From positions 4,371-68,370 of the forward strand of contig CAZFEC010000010.1 of NCBI GenBank assembly GCA_964517435.1: a stretch of 64,000 nt of DNA, given 5' to 3'. The notes under the pieces are model-generated. The model saw only the letters and a list, made by a program, of their open reading frames with translations. It searched no databases and had not been told where the DNA came from. This document shows positions 26,527-35,590 of this stretch, piece by piece. A program made the translations under genes and the position numbers. The stretch comes from an uncultured Bacteroidia bacterium (GTDB taxonomy: Bacteria; CAIWAD01; BS150m-G50). Numbering within the stretch: position 1 is the stretch's first letter; each line of letters begins with the position of its first letter.

Positions 26527-27945
26527 TTATCTCTTTGTCGTTTGATCCAGGCTGGCGGCAAACCCCTCAAAGGCCTGCCGAAAGGGCTCCAGCGGCGCAC
26601 TGAGTACACCCGCTCCCACCTGTCCGACCCCCGGCTCGCGGTGCGCGACACCGGTGTCGATGAAGGGCAGGATGTTCTTCTCAATCACCTTGCGCACGTC
26701 GATGGCGGTGGGGGTGCCGCGGAAGTCCAGGTAGGGGATCTGGTAGACGGTGTTCTCGGCGGCGGTGATCTCGTACATCTGCTGCGTGTAGTTCAAGGCG
26801 TCGCCGGTGCTGCCGCCGACGAACTGCACGATCGCCGGGGCGGCGGCGATGGCGAAACCGCCCAGGCCGCCCGTCTCCGTGATGGAGCTGTCACCGATGT
26901 CGGGATTGGCGTCCGCTTTACTGTAGCCGGGAAAGAAGAGGGCGTCCGGGACCGCCGCGGGGCCGGTGAACCAGGTGCCGCCGGTGCCGGCCAGCTGGAT
27001 GCCGAAATCGGTACCGTTGCGGGACATGGCCACCAGCAGGCTGCTGCCGGGGATGTTGCGGGCGGCGTCCAGAGTGACCTTGCAGGCGGGCATCGAGAGG
27101 TTCAGGAAGAAGTGATCGTTGTTGTTGATGAACTCCAGCACCTCCCCGGAGGTGCCCCGGTAGTCGCCGGCCTTTACGATGGCGGGTGCAATCGTCCGAT
27201 AGAAGAGCGAGGTGGCCGCACGGTTGCGGTTGTGGACCTCGTCCCCCATGTGCAGCGCCTGGGCGATGATGCTCTTCAGGTCGATCTCCCCCAGCGCGGC
27301 GATCGCGTCCTTCAGCGCGGGATAGAGCACCCCCTCCATCCACTTGAGCTTCGCCAGCACCTCTGACGAATAGGCGCCGTAGCGGAGCACCTTGCCCAGC
27401 CCTTCGTTCATGGTACAGTAGGCCTGGTTGCCGTACTCCAGGTTTTTGAGGATGAAGACCGGCATGGAGGGGGAGACGACCCCCGCCATCGGTCCCACAG
27501 TGTCATGTTCGTGACAGGGAGCGAACTCCAGCTCGCCGGAGGCCGCCAGCGCTTCCGCCGCGGCAGCGTCCGTGGCCCGCTCCTCGTAGAGCAGGGCGCC
27601 GATCACCGCGCCGCGCATCGGTCCGCACATCCGCTCCCAGGTGACCGGCGGACCGGCGTGCAACAGCAGGTTGTCGTGCAGGCCGGGGATGACCGTGCGC
27701 GCCGGCGCCATGCCGACCAGGTGCGGCCGGCCCCGCTGGATGATCTCCACCACTTTGGCGTTGGCCGCTTCGATTTCGGCGCGGTGTTCAGCGATGATGT
27801 GCGTCGCGGCGGGATCCACCTCGACCGGCGGTTGCCACTCCACCTGTACCGATGCGGTGCCGCTGCTGTCGAGGCTCTCCCTGAAGGAGGGGAGTCCCAG
27901 GTTGATCACTTTCAGATCGCGGTTGAAGAGATCTTTTATCGACAT
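26527..27945 (-). CDS. DUF1116 (YlbE-like) protein, partner of FdrA
   Basis: About 472 aa, immediately downstream of the FdrA-like gene with a 10-nt overlap. The assignment rests mainly on the conserved fdrA-ylbE-ylbF neighbourhood. Start taken at ATG 27945 (MSIKDLF...). Confidence 0.55.
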   Translation of the reverse strand: MSIKDLFNRDLKVINLGLPSFRESLDSSGTASVQVEWQPPVEVDPAATHIIAEHRAEIEAANAKVVEIIQRGRPHLVGMAPARTVIPGLHDNLLLHAGPPVTWERMCGPMRGAVIGALLYEERATDAAAAEALAASGELEFAPCHEHDTVGPMAGVVSPSMPVFILKNLEYGNQAYCTMNEGLGKVLRYGAYSSEVLAKLKWMEGVLYPALKDAIAALGEIDLKSIIAQALHMGDEVHNRNRAATSLFYRTIAPAIVKAGDYRGTSGEVLEFINNNDHFFLNLSMPACKVTLDAARNIPGSSLLVAMSRNGTDFGIQLAGTGGTWFTGPAAVPDALFFPGYSKADANPDIGDSSITETGGLGGFAIAAAPAIVQFVGGSTGDALNYTQQMYEITAAENTVYQIPYLDFRGTPTAIDVRKVIEKNILPFIDTGVAHREPGVGQVGAGVLSAPLEPFRQAFEGFAASLDQTTKR

Positions 27946-29477
27946 GATGTGTCTTCCTGCAGTTGGATGATCTCGCCCGCCAGACGGCAGGCAGCGGCGT
28001 TGGTGGGCATGACTTCGACGCCCAGTTCGCGCAGGGCGGCGACCACCCACCCCCGTTGCTGCGGATCCCGGTCGGTGCCGGTGACCGAGCAGACAACGGC
28101 GACCTGGCCCTGGATCAATACCTCCCGCAGTTCCGCCACCGGGTCGGGATTGGCGCCGTAGCCGAGCACGACATCCAGCAGAATCACCGCCGTGGTCGGG
28201 TTCGCCGCCTCCGCCAGGATCCGCTGGTTGCGCAAAGTGTAGTCGATCATCGGGTGCGGCCGGCCGACGGTGAAATCGTCGTCGCCCAGGTCCACCACCG
28301 TGTGGCCGACGCTCGCCAGAGCGTCGTCGAGCTGGAGCGCCCCGCCGGTGGGAACGTTGGAATGGAGGGGTGAGATTTTCTCGCTCAGCACAACCTGCGC
28401 CTCGGTGCAGAAGGTGCCGCCGCAGAACAGGCCGCGCAGGTGGAGGCGGGCGGGCTCCAGCTCGCTTTGCAGGCGCGCGGCGGTTTGTTTCAACTCATGG
28501 TCGCTTTGTTCAATTTCCCCGGCTACTGAATCCGGGTCGTGATTGCGTGTGATAGCAACGGCGGCCCGAGCGGCATCTTCCAGAGTGAACAGCGGGAAGC
28601 CTTTCACGATTCGCGGGCTGCCGAGGAACAGCGTCACCACCGGTTTGGGGATCTCGGCGCAGACCCGCTCGATTTCCGCCGCGACCTCAGGGTGGGGCGG
28701 CTTGGAGATCAGGACGATGGTATGCGTGGCGGGATCCTCACCCAGGGCTTTGAGCGCGGCGAGCGAGGTGGCGCCGCCAACCTCCCGGGAGAGATCGCGG
28801 CCACCGGTGCCGATCGCCTGCGAGATCCCCAGCCCCGCGTTGTGAATGAAGCAGCTGACCTCCTGCAGACCGGTACCGGAAGCGGCGACAATGCCGATAT
28901 CACCCCGGTCGACGGCGTTGGCGAAACCGAGGGGAACGCCGTTGATGATGGCACTGCCGCAGTCGGGCCCCATCACCAGCAGCTCCTGCTGTTGCCCCAG
29001 CTGTTTGAGCTCGATTTCCTCTTCGAGGGGGACATTATCGGAGAAGAGCATGACATGCAACCCCAGCTCCAGCGCCCGGCGGGCCTGGGCGGCGGCAAAG
29101 CGTCCCGCCACCGAAATCAGCGCCAGGTTAGCGTCCGGCACCGTCTCCAGGGCACCCTCCACGCTCCGTGGTTGAAAATCGGTGGTTCCCTCGTCCCGCT
29201 CCCGCGTCCTGGCGAGTTCCTCAACTACCTGTTCCACGACCCGCGCGGCGATCTCCCCGCTCTCGACCTTGAGGCTGATCAACAGATCGGCGGAGCCGGC
29301 TTCGGCGAACTCCGCCACCAGCAGACCGGCCGTCTCCAGGATGGCCAGGTTCTCCGGCGTTCCCATGACCACGGCGGCCTCCTGAACGCCATCCAGCTCC
29401 GTGATCTTGCCGGCGATATTCATCAGAGTAACGGAGTCGTAGTAGCGTCCCTGGATGATATGGCCGGTGGTTAGCAT
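27936..29477 (-). CDS. fdrA: FdrA-like acyl-CoA synthetase / succinyl-CoA-synthetase-alpha-fold protein
   Basis: GRYYDSVTLM N-terminus like FdrA. CoA-ligase-type segments GIVAASGTGLQEV and SQAIGTGGRD. The track start 29543 lies inside the repeat element (GGGAATGAC), so ATG 29477 is preferred. Confidence 0.75.
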   Translation of the reverse strand: MLTTGHIIQGRYYDSVTLMNIAGKITELDGVQEAAVVMGTPENLAILETAGLLVAEFAEAGSADLLISLKVESGEIAARVVEQVVEELARTRERDEGTTDFQPRSVEGALETVPDANLALISVAGRFAAAQARRALELGLHVMLFSDNVPLEEEIELKQLGQQQELLVMGPDCGSAIINGVPLGFANAVDRGDIGIVAASGTGLQEVSCFIHNAGLGISQAIGTGGRDLSREVGGATSLAALKALGEDPATHTIVLISKPPHPEVAAEIERVCAEIPKPVVTLFLGSPRIVKGFPLFTLEDAARAAVAITRNHDPDSVAGEIEQSDHELKQTAARLQSELEPARLHLRGLFCGGTFCTEAQVVLSEKISPLHSNVPTGGALQLDDALASVGHTVVDLGDDDFTVGRPHPMIDYTLRNQRILAEAANPTTAVILLDVVLGYGANPDPVAELREVLIQGQVAVVCSVTGTDRDPQQRGWVVAALRELGVEVMPTNAAACRLAGEIIQLQEDTSCR

Positions 29478-29538
29478 GGGGGTGGTGTCCTCTCGATTCT
29501 CATTCTTAATGGCATCCCGGGATTCAACCTTTTTCCAA

Positions 29539-29810
29539 GTCATTCCCGCGAAGGCGGGAATCCAGAGTTGTCATTTCTGAGTAACGCCCGCCTCAGCAGA
29601 TTGCTGAGTGTGGGCAAACTTCTCCATTTGGGCAGTTATTGGTGTTGGCTGTCTAGATTCCCGCCTTCGCGGGAATGACTTGTTCTTTGTTACCCCGCCC
29701 CTAAAGCGAATCCTGCCTGAAGCGAAGCCTTCGGCTTCGAGGTGGGCTTCGAGATGGGATTCGTGCGCACGGGTATGACGTCCGTTTTTCTCTTCTTTGC
29801 GGGAATGACT
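29539..29810. repeat. REP/MITE-like palindromic repeat, cluster B
   Basis: GTCATTCCCGCGAAGGCGGGAATCCAG at 29539-29565. Inverted copy AGATTCCCGCCTTCGCGGGAATGAC at 29655-29679. Degenerate halves CACGGGTATGACG at 29768-29780 and TGCGGGAATGACT at 29798-29810. Confidence 0.75.
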
Positions 29811-30623
29811 TTCCCTCCTGACCGTCATCAACAACCCGGTGCAGAAATCGGCGCCGGAGGTCTCGCCGCGGGTCAGGAGTTGTCGGGCACAGCGGGTGAT
29901 CTCAGTCTGATCAGGGTGGAGCAGAGCGGTCAGCAGTGCCTTCACCGCAACGTGGATGCGGCCCTCCTTGGCCAGGCGCAGGAAGGTGTCGGAGATGAGG
30001 TTGCCGCTTCGGGCCGCCGCGTAGATGCTCTCTACAGGCGGATAAGGGATCTGCCCGGTTGTACGACGGACAAAATTGAGGGCGATCAACATCCCGCAGA
30101 TGTAATCGTCACCGCCCGGGGTCAGTCCGAAACCGCAACCCTTGACCGCCCGAACGCCGGCGATGGTATCGCCCGTCTCGATCTTCCGTACGCCGGCGGA
30201 GACTCTGTCCACCAGTGCCTGCTCGAAGCTGGTAGTGAAATTCGTAATACGTCCATCGTCCAACAGGAAGACCAAACTCCTGGGGTGAGCCTCGTCTACT
30301 ATCAGCTTTTCCAGGAAGTTCAGATTGGTCAGGAGGAATTCCTCCTGCATTTCGCCACAGTTGAGATCGGAATTGAATCGGTGGCTAGGCAGGATATCCC
30401 AGTTGGCATCACCCAGGGTTATCGCATTCTCGGTTATTGTCAGAACGGAGGGTTGAGGTGGGCGGATCTCCCGCACGACGATGTTCAGCGGCCCGGCGCC
30501 CACCTCCGGCTCCACCAGGGAGACGAGACCCCCCGTTCCGCTGTAATTGATCACCCGCCGGAAGCGGGAGTGCTCCCGGTAGAGACCCGGTTGAACCCTG
30601 TCACCTACACTGATGAGCATCAC
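29571..30623 (-). CDS. DUF2877 (YlbF-like) protein; the last ~80 codons read through the repeat cluster
   Basis: Positioned directly upstream of fdrA, as in the fdrA/ylbE/ylbF set. From about codon 268 the ORF is encoded by repeat cluster B (..RRESHSRKEE..SFPRRRESR..). Confidence 0.45.
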   Translation of the reverse strand: MMLISVGDRVQPGLYREHSRFRRVINYSGTGGLVSLVEPEVGAGPLNIVVREIRPPQPSVLTITENAITLGDANWDILPSHRFNSDLNCGEMQEEFLLTNLNFLEKLIVDEAHPRSLVFLLDDGRITNFTTSFEQALVDRVSAGVRKIETGDTIAGVRAVKGCGFGLTPGGDDYICGMLIALNFVRRTTGQIPYPPVESIYAAARSGNLISDTFLRLAKEGRIHVAVKALLTALLHPDQTEITRCARQLLTRGETSGADFCTGLLMTVRRESHSRKEEKNGRHTRAHESHLEAHLEAEGFASGRIRFRGGVTKNKSFPRRRESRQPTPITAQMEKFAHTQQSAEAGVTQK

Positions 30624-30967
30624 GCTTCCCTGAAAACCATCCCGTAAAACTGATCGTAGGCGTCGCGCCTGACCACTTCCACCTCCCCCTTCACCGCCAT
30701 CCCTATACGTGGATCGGCGCTCTCCAGCTGCCCCAGGATCTTCAAGCCGTTCTCCAGCTCTACGATGGCCAGTCCCAGCTTGGCAACCATGAAATCGGGC
30801 GGCAGGGTGTGCACCTGGGTGAAGGTGACCACCTTGCCGGTGCGGGGCAGCGGCACCGGGTCGAATTCGTTATGCTCGTTCTCGCCGCACTTTTTGCACA
30901 CCATGCGGTAGGGGTAATGCAGGTGGCCACACTTCCGGCACTTGTAGGCGTATATCTCCCTGATCAT
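30620..30967 (-). CDS. DUF35 zinc-ribbon/OB-fold protein (thiolase partner)
   Basis: CRKCGHLHYPYRMVCKKCG zinc ribbon followed by an OB-like segment. 4-nt overlap with the thiolase-like gene. Confidence 0.8.
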   Translation of the reverse strand: MIREIYAYKCRKCGHLHYPYRMVCKKCGENEHNEFDPVPLPRTGKVVTFTQVHTLPPDFMVAKLGLAIVELENGLKILGQLESADPRIGMAVKGEVEVVRRDAYDQFYGMVFREA

Positions 30968-32145
30968 GACTGGTCCTCCCGGCTGAAGGTGAGACAGACG
31001 ACATTGTTGCCGAAGCCGCCGAAATTGCAGGTGAAACCGGTGCGGGCATCTTTGACCTGACGCTCGCCGGCCCGGCCGCGCAGCTGCAGCACGATCTCGT
31101 GCGCCTGCCCGATGCCGGTGGCGCCGACCGGGTGTCCCTTGCCCTTCAGACCGCCGGAGGGGTTGATCGGCAGCTTGCCGCCCAGGGCGGTCTCACCCCG
31201 CTCCAGGGCCAGGTGACCCTCCCCCCTGGGGAAGAACCCCGCCTCCTCGCTCTGCGCGATCTCCAGGATGGTGAAGGCATCATGCAGCTCCGCCACATCG
31301 ACGTCGCCGGGCTTGATCCCGGCCATGGCAAACGACTGCGCCGCCGCCTTGCGCACCGCCTTCAGTTCCGTGGGATCCTCCCGTTCGTGGACCGCGTGGG
31401 TATCTGTGGCCTGACCGACACCGGCCAGCCGGATCAGCGGCTGCTCCACCTCGCGCGCCACCTCTTCCGAGGCCAGAATCACGCAGGCACCACCGTCGGA
31501 AACGGGACAGCAATCGAAGAAGCGCAGCGGTTCCGCCACGAAAGGATTGTTGGTCATCGCTTCAGGTGAATCCAGGATGCCTTCCACCGTGATCTTCTGC
31601 TGCAGGTGGGCGAACTCATTCAAGAGGGCGTTGTTCTGGTTTTTCACAGCGACCATGGCCAGGTGCCGGTCGGTGACGCCGTACTTTTCCATGTAGAGCC
31701 GGGTGAACATGCCGGCCAGCGCCGGCAGGGTGGTGCCGTAGATGTGCTCGGCCAGGGGGTGAGTCAGCGTCGCCACGAAATCGGTGGCCTCGAGGTTGTT
31801 CACCTCCCGCATCCGCTCCGCGCCGGTCACCATGACCACATCGTGGAAACCGGAAGCCACCGCCAGGAAGCCCTGTTTGATGGCCGAGGCGCCGGAGGCG
31901 GGTCCGTTCTCGATGGTCTCCGCCCCCGCGGGAGAGAGACTGAGCGTGTCCACGACCGCGCTGGCCAGGGCGGTCTGGTGGTTGACCCGGCCGCCCCCCA
32001 TGTTGGCCACGTAGAGGTGGTCGACCTGCACTCCGGGGCAGTCTTTGCGCGCCATCATGGCGGGATAGGCGGCGATTTCGGAAAGGGGATACTCGAGCCG
32101 GGTGAAGCTGGTGATGCCGATACCGATCACGTAGACCTTTCTCAT
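30964..32145 (-). CDS. Thiolase-like (SCP-x type) protein
   Basis: 393 aa. C-terminal GHPVGATGIGQAHEIVLQLRG and NFGGFGNNVV are typical of the thiolase fold. Confidence 0.85.
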   Translation of the reverse strand: MRKVYVIGIGITSFTRLEYPLSEIAAYPAMMARKDCPGVQVDHLYVANMGGGRVNHQTALASAVVDTLSLSPAGAETIENGPASGASAIKQGFLAVASGFHDVVMVTGAERMREVNNLEATDFVATLTHPLAEHIYGTTLPALAGMFTRLYMEKYGVTDRHLAMVAVKNQNNALLNEFAHLQQKITVEGILDSPEAMTNNPFVAEPLRFFDCCPVSDGGACVILASEEVAREVEQPLIRLAGVGQATDTHAVHEREDPTELKAVRKAAAQSFAMAGIKPGDVDVAELHDAFTILEIAQSEEAGFFPRGEGHLALERGETALGGKLPINPSGGLKGKGHPVGATGIGQAHEIVLQLRGRAGERQVKDARTGFTCNFGGFGNNVVCLTFSREDQS

Positions 32146-32897
32146 GATGACGCCTCCCCCGTCTGCCGCCAGCGCTGCAGCATGAGGGCGCTGCCGGTGC
32201 CGTCATATTTGGCGCGGGAGGCCGCCAGCAGGTCTTCGGGCGGTGTCGGCGGGTCACTTGGGGGGAGGATGGCCGCCTGAGCCTTTTCCAGCAGTTCCGG
32301 CGGCACCGGGCGGCGGCCGATCACCAGGCTGTCCCGGGCCCGGTCGAACAGCTCCCGGGTCAGCACCCAGGAGGGAACCCCGCCCAGCTCGTGCGGCGTC
32401 TCGAACCGCTTCTCCAGCTTGTATTCGATCATCCAGCGCCGGAAGCCGATGGGGGACTCCGCCACCACCAGTACGTCCTGCTGGTTAAGGATATCGATGT
32501 GGTATTCCATCTTGGCGGCGAAGGCGTGCGCGCCGATCCTTAAGCCCCGCCGCATGGCCAGCGTGTGGTAGGACACCCCCACCTCCGGGCTGAGCATGCG
32601 GCCGTTGACCACCGCCGCCAGTTCGCCGTCGATCTGGGCGACCAGCACATACTCGTCCTGAACCCGGTGGTGGTAGTAGGCCAGCAGTTCCGCGTAGACG
32701 CGTGCCGCCACGACATCGTAGTAGTCCCGCTCCACCTGTATCAGGGGTCCCACATGGCGGAGGATGTCGGGCATCTCATCGCGCGTGGCCTGGCGCACGA
32801 CCAGGTCTTCGCCGCTGGCGATCTTCATGTATTTGGCGGGGAAGGGGGGCATCGGGTTGTCGACGGGACGCAGGATTTTTTCCAGGTCTACGGACAT
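32142..32897 (-). CDS. Hypothetical protein, first gene of the long catabolic operon
   Basis: AAGGAGGT lies 6 nt upstream of ATG 32897. 4-nt overlap with the thiolase gene. No motif I recognise. Confidence 0.5.
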   Translation of the reverse strand: MSVDLEKILRPVDNPMPPFPAKYMKIASGEDLVVRQATRDEMPDILRHVGPLIQVERDYYDVVAARVYAELLAYYHHRVQDEYVLVAQIDGELAAVVNGRMLSPEVGVSYHTLAMRRGLRIGAHAFAAKMEYHIDILNQQDVLVVAESPIGFRRWMIEYKLEKRFETPHELGGVPSWVLTRELFDRARDSLVIGRRPVPPELLEKAQAAILPPSDPPTPPEDLLAASRAKYDGTGSALMLQRWRQTGEASS

Positions 32898-33095
32898 GAT
32901 CTTACCTCCTTGGCTCTCAAAAGGCTCTGCGTGTGTGCTCACCGAAGGTGAGGAATGGCTGAATCGTCTGGTGCGGATCTTGTCGAAAGAACAATTTCCA
33001 GAATTGCCGGGACTATTTCAATGATGATGGGGGTGGTAGCATTAAGCTGATTGGATAACCGGATGAATTTCCAGTGGAATTTGCCACAATGCTGC

Positions 33096-33144
33096 TTGAC
33101 AATAACGACTACATTATGTAGTTATATGACTACAATGTGTAGTC
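33096..33144 (+). promoter_or_regulatory. Putative promoter with two related palindromic operators upstream of the MNT/HEPN pair
   Basis: TTGACA at 33096-33101. Inverted repeats ACTACA-TTA-TGTAGT (33108-33122) and GACTACA-ATG-TGTAGTC (33128-33144), within 30-70 nt of the ATG at 33174. Confidence 0.5.
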
Positions 33145-33173
33145 GTATATATGTTGAGCAATTTGAGTGAAAA

Positions 33174-33776
33174 ATGAGTGCTACTACTTCACTGGCAAGG
33201 CTTTTCCCCAATCCCGCCGTGTTGGATGTGTTGGCTCTGCTCCTGCTGCAACCGGAGCGACGGTTTTATCAGCGGGAGATTGCTGAACTCACCAGCAACA
33301 CAGTACTGCAGACACAGCGCGCATTGAAGAGGATTGAAGACGCCGGTCTGGTGGAGAAAAGCCGTACCGGCAACCGTGCGTATTACATCGCGCAAAGGAA
33401 CCATCCCGCTATTGAAGATTTGAAGCGTGTGCTCCTCAAAACGGTAGCGCTGGGGGATCAACTGCGCGACACACTTCGCCCTCTGGAAACCGGGGTGAGG
33501 TTGTCATTCCTGTTCGGTTCGATCGCGAACGGAACAGAGAGCGCGACCAGCGACATCGATCTGTTGCTGGTGGGAAAGCTTTCGTCGCGCCGGGTTGCTA
33601 TTGCGCTCGCTCCGTTGGGACGCAAACTTGGGCGGGAATTCAATACCGTTATCTACTCCGCCCAGGAATTCCGTAAAAAGGTCCACAACGAGAATCATTT
33701 TGTTAAACAGATCCTGGCGGCACCTAAGATCTGGCTGATTGGCAGTGAAGATGAGCTTGCAAAACTGGTTGAATGA
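33174..33776 (+). CDS. wHTH + minimal nucleotidyltransferase (MNT) protein, antitoxin-type component
   Basis: N-terminal ArsR-like wHTH (YQREIAELTSNTVLQTQRALKRIEDAGLV). Nucleotidyltransferase motif FGSIANGTESATSDIDLLLVG. Confidence 0.75.
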   Translation: MSATTSLARLFPNPAVLDVLALLLLQPERRFYQREIAELTSNTVLQTQRALKRIEDAGLVEKSRTGNRAYYIAQRNHPAIEDLKRVLLKTVALGDQLRDTLRPLETGVRLSFLFGSIANGTESATSDIDLLLVGKLSSRRVAIALAPLGRKLGREFNTVIYSAQEFRKKVHNENHFVKQILAAPKIWLIGSEDELAKLVE

Positions 33777-34161
33777 ACGGCGCCTGCGTCCGCATCAGTC
33801 ATCGCCGCAGGAGATTGGTGATCTCCTGCGTGTTGTGGATCGAGATCTCACTGATGCAGAAATCAAAGCGCTATCCATCGACCGCCGTTTTACAAATGCT
33901 AACAACGCCGTGCTTCAACTTGCCACCATGGTTTTGCGCGCATCTGGATATCGCACCGCAGGTACCGGCCATCACTGGATAACCTTTCTCGCAATTCCTC
34001 ATTTGATGGGTCCGGATCAACAGAATCGAGCCGACTATTTCGATTCCTGCCGACAGAAGCGCAACCTGGCCGATTATGATGTGGCCGATGCGATTGCCGA
34101 AACGGAAGTTGTAGAACTTTATGGCGAAGCGTGGGAATTTCGCCAGGAGGTTCTGGAATAG
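33751..34161 (+). CDS. HEPN-domain protein, toxin-type partner of the MNT
   Basis: Overlaps the 3' end of the MNT gene. The helical ~135-aa protein carries the HEPN-like motif CRQKRNLADYD. Start could be TTG 33739, GTG 33745 or ATG 33751. Confidence 0.6.
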   Translation: MSLQNWLNERRLRPHQSSPQEIGDLLRVVDRDLTDAEIKALSIDRRFTNANNAVLQLATMVLRASGYRTAGTGHHWITFLAIPHLMGPDQQNRADYFDSCRQKRNLADYDVADAIAETEVVELYGEAWEFRQEVLE

Positions 34162-34270
34162 CTGCGGAAGAACCACCCTGAGTATCTCCCGGCAGAATAG
34201 CTAAGACGGGTATCGTTCGTCAACTGAGTATCCACCCGACTCACCGTCATTTCACCAGACGATCAGCAAC

Positions 34271-35587
34271 ATGACCAAAGCACAGAACGCCAAAACCGAT
34301 GACCACCCCCGCATCCTCGGCCTGCCGACGGCGACCGCGATCGTCGTGGCCAGCATGATCGGTACCGGCATCTTCACCACCAGCGGTTTTCTGGCCGCCG
34401 ATCTGGGCTCCCCCTTCGTCCTGCTGCTGATCTGGCTCGTCGGCGGGCTGCTGGCGCTCTGCGGGGCGCTTTCCTACGCCGAACTGGCGGTGGCGATGCC
34501 GCGCAGCGGGGGGGAATACCATTACCTCACGCAGATCTATCATCCCGCGGTCGGGTTCCTCTCCGGCTGGGTCTCGTTGACGGTCGGCTTCTCGGCGCCG
34601 ATCGCGGCGGCGGCGATGGCCTGCGGCAGCTACCTGAACAGCGCGCTGCCGGGAGTGCCGCCCACCAGTATCGCGCTGGTGCTGGTAGCGCTATTCTCCC
34701 TCCTGCACCTGACTGACATCCGGCTGGGCGGCTACACGCAGAACGTCTTCACGCTGTTCAAGCTGCTCTTGATCCTGGGATTGATGATCGGCGGGTTTAT
34801 CGCCGGGGGCGGGGGAAGTCTCGCGCAGCCGCCCACCCTCGCCGACCTGCGGATTACCATCAGCCCCGCCTTCGCGGTCGGTCTGATTTTCGTCAGCTAC
34901 GCCTATTCCGGCTGGAACGCCGCCACCTACATCGGCGGCGAGGTGAAAGCGCCGGGGCGCAACCTGCCGCGGGCGCTGCTGCTGGGCACCGGGCTGGTCA
35001 CGCTGCTCTATCTGGGGCTGAACCTGCTCTACCTCTACGCGGTGCCACTGGAGCAGCTGGCGGGACGGCTGGAGGTGGGGCACATCGTTGCCGTCGCCAT
35101 GTTCGGGCCCGGCTTCGGCCAGGTGCTGGCCCTCCTGATTGCGCTGGCGCTGGTCTCGACCGTCAGCGCCATGATCATGGCGGGGCCGCGGGTTTACCAG
35201 GCGCTGGGGGAGGACCTGCCGTTCTTCCGGTTGCTGGGGGTCAAAACGCGGCGCGGGACGCCGGCGGCCGCCATCCTGCTGCAGATGCTGATCGCGATGC
35301 TGCTGATCGTCACCGCCACCTTCGAGGTCCTGCTCTACTACATCGGATTCACCCTGAGTCTCTTCGCCGGGCTGACGGTGCTGGGAGTGTATCTGTACCG
35401 TCGTCAGCATCCGGAGGCGCAGTTGCCCTACCGCACCTGGGGTTACCCGGTGACGCCGGCGCTGTTCCTGCTGCTCTCCAGCTGGATGATCGCGCACACG
35501 CTCATCGAACGCCCGCTGGAATCGCTGGCGGGGGTGGGGACGCTTGTGGTGGGGTTCGTCGTGTGGCTGGTGACGCGGGGCAAATAA
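34271..35587 (+). CDS. APC-family amino acid permease
   Basis: 438 aa, about 12 hydrophobic segments. N-terminal VVASMIGTGIFTTSGF and PRSGGEYHYL motifs are typical of APC transporters. Confidence 0.85.
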   Translation: MTKAQNAKTDDHPRILGLPTATAIVVASMIGTGIFTTSGFLAADLGSPFVLLLIWLVGGLLALCGALSYAELAVAMPRSGGEYHYLTQIYHPAVGFLSGWVSLTVGFSAPIAAAAMACGSYLNSALPGVPPTSIALVLVALFSLLHLTDIRLGGYTQNVFTLFKLLLILGLMIGGFIAGGGGSLAQPPTLADLRITISPAFAVGLIFVSYAYSGWNAATYIGGEVKAPGRNLPRALLLGTGLVTLLYLGLNLLYLYAVPLEQLAGRLEVGHIVAVAMFGPGFGQVLALLIALALVSTVSAMIMAGPRVYQALGEDLPFFRLLGVKTRRGTPAAAILLQMLIAMLLIVTATFEVLLYYIGFTLSLFAGLTVLGVYLYRRQHPEAQLPYRTWGYPVTPALFLLLSSWMIAHTLIERPLESLAGVGTLVVGFVVWLVTRGK

Positions 35588-35590
35588 GGA

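Noticed and set aside
24029-27366. Two long + strand ORFs (24029..25663, 544 aa; 25648..27366, 572 aa) antisense to the CoxS/CoxM-like, cyclase and DUF1116 genes
   Set aside because: These are shadow ORFs of a high-GC region. Their sequences are R/G/A/P/Q-rich and lack motifs, whereas the minus-strand genes carry clear 2Fe-2S, FAD and cyclase signatures and are chained by short overlaps.
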